Shown one piece after another: positions 1 through 6,875 of a DNA stretch of 7,528 bases (positions are counted from its first letter, which is position 1; each line of letters begins with the position of its first letter). The translations under genes were made by a program, and so were the position numbers. Under the pieces are notes generated by a model, which was given only the letters and a program-made list of their open reading frames with translations, was not told the DNA's origin and did not search any database. The DNA is from a virus (lineage: Duplodnaviria > Heunggongvirae > Uroviricota > Caudoviricetes), in IMG/VR virus record IMGVR_UViG_2534681703_000021, one strand, 5' to 3'.

Positions 1-144
1 TTAATTTCGATTATTTTTCCCGTATGGAAAATTCTTAGAAACCGATCACATACAGCTGCATTTATTAAGGTTATCATCCGTTTCGCTGAAAAACATAACC
101 CATAAAATGCTAGCTGTACCAGGAACCACCTCCTTAGCCTGTGT

Positions 145-171
145 AATCTCCCTTACACGGGCTTATTTTTT
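145..171. other. P2-type phage attachment-site core (attR core if prophage)
   Basis: Minus-strand reading of 145-171 is AAAAAATAAGCCCGTGTAAGGGAGATT, which matches the 27-bp P2 att core as I remember it; it sits just beyond ogr and its terminator, where attP/attR lies in P2. The core sequence is recalled, not verified. Confidence 0.55.
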
Positions 172-206
172 ACGTACAACAAATTGAAATAAAAGGATTT
201 ATTTCT

Positions 207-230
207 GGTCACGTCCACACATTGACCACA
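207..230. repeat. Direct repeats GGTCAC / GTCCACA / GACCACA between the core and the terminator; candidate integrase arm-type binding sites (P' arm)
   Basis: ctGGTCACGTCCACACattGACCACAtcg; minus-strand reading gives TGTGGAC and TGTGGTC copies 11 bp apart. Location and repetition fit arm-type Int sites; the motif identity is only weakly recalled. Confidence 0.3.
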
Positions 231-235
231 TCGAC

Positions 236-265
236 AAAAAAGCCCCTCGACTGAGGGGCTTTCTG
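236..265 (-). terminator. Rho-independent terminator ending the late/ogr transcript (bidirectional in form)
   Basis: Perfect inverted repeat AGCCCCTC (241-248) / GAGGGGCT (253-260) with a 4-nt loop, extendable by A-T pairs; on the minus-strand RNA the stem is followed by UUUUUUG; lies 12 nt after the ogr stop. A T-rich run also follows on the plus strand. Confidence 0.75.
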
Positions 266-272
266 TTTGTAA

Positions 273-491
273 TTACATCCACATAATTTGCTGCCCTGAC
301 GGCAAGGGGTGCGGCCTCACGGCGTGGACTTCTCCCGGCTTCACGATGTATCGCTGTACCGACTCATAAGTGATGAACGTGGCGCTGCAATTCACGTTCT
401 GACACTGGTGATAACGCTCTTTTGTCGTGTCAGTGATATAGCGACTTGTACGCGCATGTGCGGCATGCTGACATAAAGGACAATGAAACAT
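273..491 (-). CDS. ogr: Ogr-type zinc-finger late-gene transcriptional activator, 72 aa
   Basis: MFHCPLCQHAAHARTSRYITDTTKERYHQCQNVNCSATF... with a CxxC...CxxxxC zinc-binding arrangement (Cys 4, 7, 30, 35). I chose the ATG at 489-491 because it is preceded by GGAAGAGGTG about 6 nt upstream; the ORF-track extension to 554 begins with TTG and has no comparable RBS. Confidence 0.88.
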   Translation of the reverse strand: MFHCPLCQHAAHARTSRYITDTTKERYHQCQNVNCSATFITYESVQRYIVKPGEVHAVRPHPLPSGQQIMWM

Positions 492-525
492 CGCGAGCAC
501 CTCTTCCGGTTTTGTTGATGGTGCC

Positions 526-554
526 ATTTTAGTTAATTTACCCTTATAAAACAA
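526..554 (-). promoter_or_regulatory. Candidate sigma70 promoter for ogr in the D-ogr intergenic region
   Basis: Minus-strand TTGTTT (rc of 549-554), 17-nt spacer, TAAAAT (rc of 526-531), about 35 nt upstream of the ogr ATG. No hairpin separates D from ogr, so read-through from the late operon is also expected. Confidence 0.4.
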
Positions 555-572
555 ACAGATAAAAACAAAATA

Positions 573-1736
573 TTACTCATCACCTTCTGTTTCGTACTCC
601 ACATCAGAAAGCCTGACCTCAAGCTCTAAGGACGTCGTGAAGCCGCTGTTATTCAGAAAATGTGTCACTTTAGTGATTGTCCAGTCCTGCTCGTCTATGA
701 CGCGCTTAAAGCCTGACACTTTAACCGGTGTTTCCGTGTAAATATCTGCCCGACCAGTAGCCAGGCTGATGGAGAACTCCGCTACACCCCGTTGCAGCTT
801 ATCCCACTTCGCCTGAGCGGCACGCATGGCCTGTGCTTTCGTGGCATATACCGTGGTCAGGGCAAAAACATTGTCAGCCTCACCGGCCATATATTCACCT
901 TCGCGCGCTTCCGGTACTTTTGGCGCTTTCTTCTGCCTGACCGGTTTCGCTTTTGGGTGCTCCAGTGCGCGCAGGTATTTTTCTTTCTTTTTGCGTTTCA
1001 GTTTTACCTTCTGCTTTTGCGGCTTCGGGTCTTTGGTGTGAAGCCACTTTGCCGTTACGCCGGTATAGGCTCCACGGTCAGCAATCGCAAAATGATGACG
1101 GTCGCCGTCGCTGCGGGTGATGGTAATCTGCGGGATTTTTTTACCGCTGGCCGTCACCCCCTGCCCCGCTTTGAGAAACAACAGTTTTCCCATTTTTACC
1201 GACACCTCACCGCCGTTGCGTTCTGCAAGACGGGTCAGGAATTTCGCATCAGACTCCTGCGACTGGTCGATGTGCGGGATTTTAATTCCGGCCAGTGACG
1301 GAGCGACACTGGCTTCCAGCTTGTTACGGGAGGCTATCGCCTCAACAATCGCACCGAGCGTGGTGTCATGCCATGAGCCTTCACGGCGGGAATTGAGCGT
1401 CCCGCGAAAATCTGCACTCCGGGCGCGGATGGTGACAACATCCGGCGCGCCCCGGTGTTCAACCTCATCAACGGTAAATTTCCCTTTGCATACCAGGGCA
1501 AAACCTTTCCAGCCGATATACACCGTCAGGACAGCGCCACGAACCGGCAGCCCGACCTGCCCGTCGGCATCGTTCAGTTCAATATCAAGCTGGTCAGCTT
1601 CAAAGCCCCGGTTATCCGTCAGAGTCATGCTCATCAGACGGTCGCTGATATTGCCGGTAATATCCCTGCTGTCGAGCATCAGCATGTAATCCGGCGTCAG
1701 CGTACTGCCTGCATCAAATGTCAGCGCATCCAGCAT
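573..1736 (-). CDS. D: Tail protein D (phage late control gene D family), 387 aa
   Basis: 387-aa ORF (MLDALTFDAGSTLTPDYMLMLDSRDITGN...) in the D position after U; start coupled to the U stop; contains a Lys-rich basic segment; TAA stop at 573-575. Confidence 0.9.
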   Translation of the reverse strand: MLDALTFDAGSTLTPDYMLMLDSRDITGNISDRLMSMTLTDNRGFEADQLDIELNDADGQVGLPVRGAVLTVYIGWKGFALVCKGKFTVDEVEHRGAPDVVTIRARSADFRGTLNSRREGSWHDTTLGAIVEAIASRNKLEASVAPSLAGIKIPHIDQSQESDAKFLTRLAERNGGEVSVKMGKLLFLKAGQGVTASGKKIPQITITRSDGDRHHFAIADRGAYTGVTAKWLHTKDPKPQKQKVKLKRKKKEKYLRALEHPKAKPVRQKKAPKVPEAREGEYMAGEADNVFALTTVYATKAQAMRAAQAKWDKLQRGVAEFSISLATGRADIYTETPVKVSGFKRVIDEQDWTITKVTHFLNNSGFTTSLELEVRLSDVEYETEGDE

Positions 1737-2215
1737 TATCCCGCCCCCGTCATACCTGTGAATCTAGTCGCCATACTGCCAGCCTTACCGATGAGCGACT
1801 CCGCCTGTTTACCGATATCGCCATAAAGCGCGGCCAGTGATTCATCAACGCGGGTGAGCGACAACGTAAAATCAATTTTCCGGGGTGTGCCGTCTGCAAA
1901 GAAAATACTCCCTGTTTCACTCACCTTGCTGATGACATACATGCCGTAAATCATGCCAGTGCCATCCAGCAACGGCCACGCCCGGCCTTCCTCTGCCATC
2001 AGCCTGAGCGTGGTCATCGTCAGCTTTCCGCCGGTCAGTTCGGGATAAAGCACACCGGCCAGCGTGATGTTTTCCTCACCCACACCGAGAAACTGGTAGG
2101 CATCCCGTTTACCGATACGGGAATTTGACGGCCAGCGATAATCCGATTCACGCTGCATGGTCTGGTGTGGCAGCGTCTGGCGCATAAAAACAAACATACC
2201 TAACGCGAGCATCAT
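1736..2215 (-). CDS. U: Tail protein U (P2 gpU-like), 159 aa
   Basis: 159-aa ORF following T; strong Shine-Dalgarno GGAGGTGA in the 14-nt T-U gap; its stop overlaps the D start (TAATG, shared A at 1736). Confidence 0.88.
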   Translation of the reverse strand: MMLALGMFVFMRQTLPHQTMQRESDYRWPSNSRIGKRDAYQFLGVGEENITLAGVLYPELTGGKLTMTTLRLMAEEGRAWPLLDGTGMIYGMYVISKVSETGSIFFADGTPRKIDFTLSLTRVDESLAALYGDIGKQAESLIGKAGSMATRFTGMTGAG

Positions 2216-2229
2216 TTTTCGTCACCTCC

Positions 2230-4677
2230 TTAACCGTCATGCATCATGCTGGCACGGGCGCGCGCACGTTTATCCCGCTCGTATTTTTCGAGCGCATCCT
2301 GTAACTGGCGGTCAAGCTGTGTCCCCGGCGCAGTACCACCCGTCAGGCTGATGTGATATTCGTTTTTACTCTGGTCTACATAAGAGCGGCCAGCCGGTGC
2401 CGTGACCGGCTGATAAGCCTGATAGCCTGCATAAGAGCTGGTCGCCGGAATATAACCACCGCTGCCATACGTGGCGGCTTGAGTTCTGGCGGCGGTCTGA
2501 TCAAGTGTGTCTGACTCTTTGTTGATAACACCGAGTTTTTCCAGTACCCAGTCAATACCGCTGCGCAGTTTGTTGAACGCATTAAGCGGCAGCATCAGCG
2601 CGTCAGCCAGTGCCTGCCCGAACATGACGCCCGTGTCACGGCAACGGTTCAGGGTGTCCTGGGTGGCTTTGACCGGGGCAATCAGGTTTTTAAACCACTG
2701 CCACGCGGCCTGTAACTTTTCGCCCAGCCAGTCAAACACCGGTTTCAGTGGCGAGAACAGCTCCCCCACCGGCGCAAATGCTGCTTTCAGCCCTTCAACC
2801 ACACCACCAAAGAATGCGCTGACAGGCTCCCAGTATTTACGGATAAGCAACGCCCCGGCGACAATGGCGGCCACCACAGCCACAATCGGCCAGCTAATCG
2901 CCCCGATGGCCGTCATAACAGCACTGCCAACCGTCGTGAAGATTGCCCCCATTGCGCCTGCTGCCGCGATGATGGCATTAATGCCGGTGATAACCGGCCA
3001 GGCTACAAGACCAATTGCACCGATGATGCCAATAAGCGCCAGTGCGCCACCGACAATAAGGCCGATGGTTGACGCCAGTGATTTGTTTTTCTGGATCCAG
3101 CCGTCGAGTTTTAACACATACTTTGTGGCCGTCTGCGTGAGATTACGCAGTGCGCCTTCCTGTTGGTCAAACAGGTCAGTCCCCACCGCCTCATAAGCAG
3201 ACTGAAACTCCTTAAAGTCACCGCCGAGGTTATCCTGCATGATTTTAACCAGCTCTTCCGTTTTACCGTCCGAGGCTTTCAGCGTGGCGGTCAGCTTATC
3301 CAGTTTTCCGCTTGCAGCCGCTGCCAGTAAAACGTTCGCTGATTTCAGGGCTTCCTCACCAAAAATGGTTTTAAGGTATTCCCCCTTCTGAGACGTTCCC
3401 AGCTTGTGTTTATCAAAGCTGGCCTGAATCTCTTTCAGAATGGTGAACAACGGACGCATATTTCCCTTTTTGTCCGAGGTTTTAACGCCAAGCTCTTTGA
3501 GTGCTTCCCATGCTTTCCCTGTCGGAGCCTGTAATCGGGTGACAACGGCACTACTACCAGTACCCGCCATTGACCCCCTGATGTTATTGTCATGCAGCAC
3601 ACCTGTCATGGCCGCTGCCTGCTCAAGACTTACACCCGCCGTCCTCGCAACCGGCCCGAGGTAAGTCAGTGCATCACTGAGCCCCTGAAAATCAGCCGCC
3701 GACTTATTCATCGTTGCCGACAACACGTCGCCCACATGGCTGACATCATCATTTGACAGTTGAAAGGATGCCTTAGTCCCCAGCAACAGTTGCGCGTTTT
3801 CTTCCATCGACCGCTGATTCGCCAGTGCCATATTCAGCGTGACCGGCGTTGCCGCCTGAATAGCCGCAGCATCTCCACCCGCTTTCGCGATGATTATCTG
3901 TGCACCGGCCGCATCATCCGCCGAGGCGGCGGTATTGTCGCCGAGCTGGCGCGCCTGTTTGCGTAGTGCGGTCATTTCGGCGGAGTCTTTTGCCACTCCG
4001 AGCACGGCCTGCAATTCTGAGTTTTTCTGCGCAAACTCATAACCGGGCATCAGCAACTTAACTCCGGCCATCGTTCCCGCCGCCGCAATCCCCACACCGG
4101 CAGCGCCTACTGAGGCCATATTTCCGGCCAGTTCCTTTCCGGCCTGATAACGCTGTTTGACTGCGTTAAGTTTTGCCTGTTGCGCACTGACACGCGCCAG
4201 CGCGTCGCGCTGCCGGTTAAGCTGTGCGGTGGTTTCACTGATACGGTTTTTCAGTCCCTGCTCATCATGTGCAAGATTGCGGGTATTAATTCCCACAGCG
4301 GCCAGTTCCCGCTGCTGGCGTTTAACGGAATCCGTCAGGCGGTTATATTTCGCCTGTAAGTCCTCCGCCGCACGCTTTGCGGATTCCAGCACTTTCGCCT
4401 GAGCACGGGTCGGACGTTCGGTGTTTTTAAACTGTGTGGCAAGGGCTTCGGCTTCCTGCCGAGCCTTTTCAAGTGCATGACCAGTCACGGCGAGCTGTGC
4501 ACTGGTCTTGCGAAATCCCTCAATACGGGATGCCTGACCGTTCAGCTCGCGCAGTGATTTTTGTGTTTCCCGGATATCCCCCGACAGCGATTTGCTCGCT
4601 GTACGGATGGATTTAAACGGGCGGGATGCCTGGTCAACAGCCCTGAGCAATACCTGTAATTTTACATTGTTACTCAT
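2230..4677 (-). CDS. T: Tail tape measure protein (P2 gpT-like), 815 aa
   Basis: 815-aa ORF with a coiled-coil-like N-terminal region (many Q/R/E/A/L heptad-like stretches), a long Gly/Ala/Ile-rich hydrophobic segment, and a C-terminal domain; positioned after E/E' as in all long-tailed phages; length equals P2 T as I recall. Confidence 0.9.
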   Translation of the reverse strand: MSNNVKLQVLLRAVDQASRPFKSIRTASKSLSGDIRETQKSLRELNGQASRIEGFRKTSAQLAVTGHALEKARQEAEALATQFKNTERPTRAQAKVLESAKRAAEDLQAKYNRLTDSVKRQQRELAAVGINTRNLAHDEQGLKNRISETTAQLNRQRDALARVSAQQAKLNAVKQRYQAGKELAGNMASVGAAGVGIAAAGTMAGVKLLMPGYEFAQKNSELQAVLGVAKDSAEMTALRKQARQLGDNTAASADDAAGAQIIIAKAGGDAAAIQAATPVTLNMALANQRSMEENAQLLLGTKASFQLSNDDVSHVGDVLSATMNKSAADFQGLSDALTYLGPVARTAGVSLEQAAAMTGVLHDNNIRGSMAGTGSSAVVTRLQAPTGKAWEALKELGVKTSDKKGNMRPLFTILKEIQASFDKHKLGTSQKGEYLKTIFGEEALKSANVLLAAAASGKLDKLTATLKASDGKTEELVKIMQDNLGGDFKEFQSAYEAVGTDLFDQQEGALRNLTQTATKYVLKLDGWIQKNKSLASTIGLIVGGALALIGIIGAIGLVAWPVITGINAIIAAAGAMGAIFTTVGSAVMTAIGAISWPIVAVVAAIVAGALLIRKYWEPVSAFFGGVVEGLKAAFAPVGELFSPLKPVFDWLGEKLQAAWQWFKNLIAPVKATQDTLNRCRDTGVMFGQALADALMLPLNAFNKLRSGIDWVLEKLGVINKESDTLDQTAARTQAATYGSGGYIPATSSYAGYQAYQPVTAPAGRSYVDQSKNEYHISLTGGTAPGTQLDRQLQDALEKYERDKRARARASMMHDG

Positions 4678-5097
4678 TCGTGTTTCCGCTTCGCCGGAGC
4701 GCCTTTTCGCGCCATGTGATGAGTTCGGTCAGGCTCATGGGATACAGTTCTGATGGCGGCCAGTGAAATATCACTGCCACATCCGCCATCAGGTCATCGA
4801 CCGAGAGATTTTTCGGAAACGTCACTGCACCGAGTTCGGCGACAAAAAACCGACCACCTTACCGGCCAGCGCCACAAGGTCAGGCAGTTCCAGCGCGGCG
4901 ACTTCCTGCTCGGTCAGCATCGGTGCCGTCATGCGCGGCAGCACTTTAATCAGTGCATCGACTTCGGAGTTCGCGACTGCAGCCAGACTGACACCGCGCA
5001 GCGTCCCGGCATTGGGTTTCATCAGCGTGACCTGTTCGATAACCTGCTCACCACGTTTGACCGGATTGTCCAGGGTAATGACGTTTTCTTTGTTCAT
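4670..5097 (-). CDS. E': Tail assembly chaperone E+E', -1 programmed frameshift fusion, predicted 142 aa
   Basis: Hand translation: zero frame to the F-L codons, then a -1 slip on TTTTTTG (4849..4843) continues as VAELGAVTFPKNLSVDDLMADVAVIFHWPPSELYPMSLTELITWREKALRRSGNTNE to TAA at 4672..4670. That is 85 + 57 = 142 aa, the size I recall for P2 E+E'. The stop overlaps the tape-measure start by 8 nt. Confidence 0.75.
4822..5097 (-). CDS. E: Tail assembly chaperone E (P2 gpE-like), 91 aa, zero-frame product
   Basis: 91-aa ORF between tube and tape measure, the conserved position of tail chaperones; ends ...KVVGFLSPNSVQ with the slippery heptamer T-TTT-TTG spanning the F-L codons. Confidence 0.85.
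   Translation of the reverse strand: MNKENVITLDNPVKRGEQVIEQVTLMKPNAGTLRGVSLAAVANSEVDALIKVLPRMTAPMLTEQEVAALELPDLVALAGKVVGFLSPNSVQ
4843..4849 (-). other. Slippery heptamer T TTT TTG (recoding signal for the -1 frameshift)
   Basis: Minus-strand sequence GG-TTTTTT-G read in zero frame as GGT TTT TTG; a canonical X XXY YYZ -1 site located 7 codons before the E stop. Confidence 0.8.
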
Positions 5098-5125
5098 GGT
5101 TTTCTCACTTCTGAATCGGGGTTAA

Positions 5126-5146
5126 CCGGTCAGCCAGGCTGACCGG
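5126..5146 (-). promoter_or_regulatory. GC-rich RNA hairpin in the tube-E intergenic region (possible attenuator or processing/stability element)
   Basis: CCGGTCAG (5126-5133) pairs with CTGACCGG (5139-5146) around a 5-nt loop; 7 nt after the FII stop and about 28 nt before the E start. On the mRNA it is followed by UUAACCCC, so there is no U-tract. Confidence 0.4.
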
Positions 5147-5153
5147 ATGAAAA

Positions 5154-5672
5154 TCACAGGCCGATATTGCGGCGGTGTTGCTCCAGCCGGTCGACGCCGT
5201 TCACCTTCTCAATCATGTTGATGGTGTCGATTTCGACCAGCTCCTTACCGTCCATCGTCAGCCGGAAATAGGTGCAGACCACGGAGATTTTCGACTCGGT
5301 GTCTTCTCCCTGTTTGCCCTCGCCGGTGTCGATTTCTTTCTGACGTCCACGCATGACCACCTCGACGGCCACCGTTTCGCCGGTATCGTCGCGCTGGTAA
5401 GAGCCTGCAAAACGAATCGGTACGGCATCCACACCGGTTGCGGCGTAAAGCTCCCAGATAACCGAATCCGGGAAGCCACCGAGCGACCACTCCATTGACA
5501 GCGCATCGTCATCAAGGCCGAGGTCTACCGGTGCGCTGCCGTTCATCCCCGCACCGCGATAGTTTTCGAGCTTACGGGTCAGTTTTGGTAGCGTGACGGA
5601 CTTCGCGACGCCCTGATAGCTGTAGCCGTTCAGAAAGACGTTCATTAACTTGAGTTTGCGCGGCATTGCCAT
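5154..5672 (-). CDS. FII: Tail tube protein (P2 gpFII-like), 172 aa
   Basis: 172-aa ORF (MAMPRKLKLMNVFLNGYSYQG...), same length as P2 FII as I recall; 12-nt gap after the sheath stop containing a GGAG Shine-Dalgarno; conserved sheath-tube order. Confidence 0.9.
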   Translation of the reverse strand: MAMPRKLKLMNVFLNGYSYQGVAKSVTLPKLTRKLENYRGAGMNGSAPVDLGLDDDALSMEWSLGGFPDSVIWELYAATGVDAVPIRFAGSYQRDDTGETVAVEVVMRGRQKEIDTGEGKQGEDTESKISVVCTYFRLTMDGKELVEIDTINMIEKVNGVDRLEQHRRNIGL

Positions 5673-5684
5673 CGGTCAGGCTCC

Positions 5685-6875
5685 TTAATTGCTGTTAACC
5701 GAGGTGACCAGATTTGCCAGGTATTTATCGGTAATACGCTGGCGCAGGGTCAGGTTTTCAAGAGGAGGCACCGGGGTATAGTCGTAGTCGATATACAGTT
5801 TTCCGGCCTTGAGGGTTTCCGCATCGTTGGATTCTTCGCTGAACCAGCAGGTCGCATCCACGATATAGCCGTTTGTTTTCAGCTCACGGAATTTGGCATT
5901 GATGCCGTCAACGATGTCACGAATCAGCGTTGCGGTGATGGGCTTGTCCACCGCCCACATGTGCGCCTCAGCCATCGTGTCGGCCAGTACCTGTGCGGTG
6001 CGGGTGTAGTTTTCAAAGAGGAACAGCGGGTCATCAGAGCAGGTACGGTTACCCCAGAATCGGAAACCGTCACGGCGAATCAGTGTTGTGACGCCTGACT
6101 CGTTAAGCAGGTCAGCATCGGTGCCGGACTCCTGCAAATCCCAGAATACAGAGGCGCTGATGCCGGTAACACCGTTTACCCCGACGTTGGACAGCGTTTT
6201 ATGCCAGCCCTGCTCCTGGTCGATTTTAGCGCGCAGACCCAGCGCACGGGCGGTGGCATACGCGGTGGCGGTGGTACTGGTGACCGTATCCCATGCGAGG
6301 AAATCCGGCCAGATGACCATCAGCTCACGCTGGCTGAAATTCTGGCGGTAGGCTTTCACCTCGGAAATGGTCTTACAGCCCCATGCGCTGATATATCCGA
6401 AAGCGCGCAGCTTCTGACAGACTGATGCCAGTGCAACTGCCACCTCTTTGGTGTCCAGTCCCGGCACGCCGAGAATACGCGGTTTAACACCGGTTACCGA
6501 CTCCGCCGCCAGCAGGGCTTTCAGTCCGGTGTACTGACCGTTTTCGTCGGTGGTGCCGATGATATTGGAAACGGTCTGCGCAAGTTTCGTTTCTTCGTCT
6601 TCGCCGGTGCCGTCTTCCACACGTACAACAACGGTGACCGGTTTTGACTGGTCAGCGATGGCCTGCAACGACGCCGCCAGCGTGCCTTTTTTACCGGCCT
6701 TTGCAATTGCGCTCTGCACATTGGTAATCAGCACAGGTTTATTGAGGGGGAAGGTTTCCGCATCCGCATCGCTGGCCGTGCAGACCATGCCGACAATGGC
6801 AGTGGATACGGTGGAAATGACGCGGGTGCCGTCGTTAATCTCCAGCACCTGCACGCCGTGATGATAGTCACTCAT
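5685..6875 (-). CDS. FI: Contractile tail sheath protein (P2 gpFI-like), 396 aa
   Basis: 396-aa ORF starting MSDYHHGVQVLEINDGTRV, same length as P2 FI as I recall; GGAG Shine-Dalgarno 8-11 nt upstream (rc of 6883-6886); immediately upstream of the tube gene as in P2 and other myovirus tail modules. Confidence 0.9.
   Translation of the reverse strand: MSDYHHGVQVLEINDGTRVISTVSTAIVGMVCTASDADAETFPLNKPVLITNVQSAIAKAGKKGTLAASLQAIADQSKPVTVVVRVEDGTGEDEETKLAQTVSNIIGTTDENGQYTGLKALLAAESVTGVKPRILGVPGLDTKEVAVALASVCQKLRAFGYISAWGCKTISEVKAYRQNFSQRELMVIWPDFLAWDTVTSTTATAYATARALGLRAKIDQEQGWHKTLSNVGVNGVTGISASVFWDLQESGTDADLLNESGVTTLIRRDGFRFWGNRTCSDDPLFLFENYTRTAQVLADTMAEAHMWAVDKPITATLIRDIVDGINAKFRELKTNGYIVDATCWFSEESNDAETLKAGKLYIDYDYTPVPPLENLTLRQRITDKYLANLVTSVNSN

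Noticed and set aside
127-136. CACCTCCTTA resembling the 3' end of 16S rRNA
   Set aside because: Only a 10-nt match with no surrounding rRNA-like sequence; more simply read as the complement of a Shine-Dalgarno-like motif or coincidence.
1-144. Possible integrase 3' end reading toward the att core on the plus strand
   Set aside because: The two partly open plus frames (LISIIFPVWKILRNRSHTAAF..., FRLFFPYGKFLETDHIQ...) show no tyrosine-recombinase C-terminal motifs (no HxxR/catalytic Tyr pattern), so a prophage-host junction is more likely than a phage genome continuing into int.
492-554. N-terminal extension of ogr to 93 aa (TTG at 552-554) or 84 aa (ATG at 525-527)
   Set aside because: The extension starts with TTG, lacks a good Shine-Dalgarno, and would overlap the candidate promoter. 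The ATG at 489-491 has a strong RBS and yields the 72-aa size expected for Ogr.
792-1689. Plus-strand ORFs of 168, 71, 190 and 123 aa (792-1298, 826-1041, 1117-1689, 1455-1826) antisense to gene D
   Set aside because: They lie wholly inside a well-supported coding gene on the other strand, have low-complexity Cys/Phe/Arg/Ser-rich translations with no recognisable motifs, and have no RBS; typical antisense artefacts.
2157-4616. Plus-strand ORFs antisense to the tape-measure gene (including 2507-3196, 229 aa, and 3440-3664, 3760-3966, 4157-4402, 4434-4616) and the minus-strand 68-aa ORF 2376-2582
   Set aside because: Embedded in or out of frame with the 815-aa tape-measure CDS; Ser/Ala/Pro/Arg-rich compositions typical of spurious frames; no start-site signals.
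4753-5142. Plus-strand ORFs of 129 and 120 aa overlapping gene E and the E' extension
   Set aside because: Antisense to the E/E' coding region, whose frameshift architecture explains the sequence; no independent support.
5126-5146. Tube-E hairpin as a classic intrinsic terminator
   Set aside because: No U-tract follows the stem on the mRNA (UUAACCCC), so it is retained only as a possible attenuator or stability element.
5175-6861. Alternative-frame and antisense ORFs overlapping the tube and sheath genes (5175-5498 +, 5245-5490 -, 5258-5515 -, 6088-6351 +, 6201-6425 +, 6521-6721 -, 6550-6861 +)
   Set aside because: All overlap strongly supported structural genes; the translations are Arg/Gly/Pro-rich frame artefacts.
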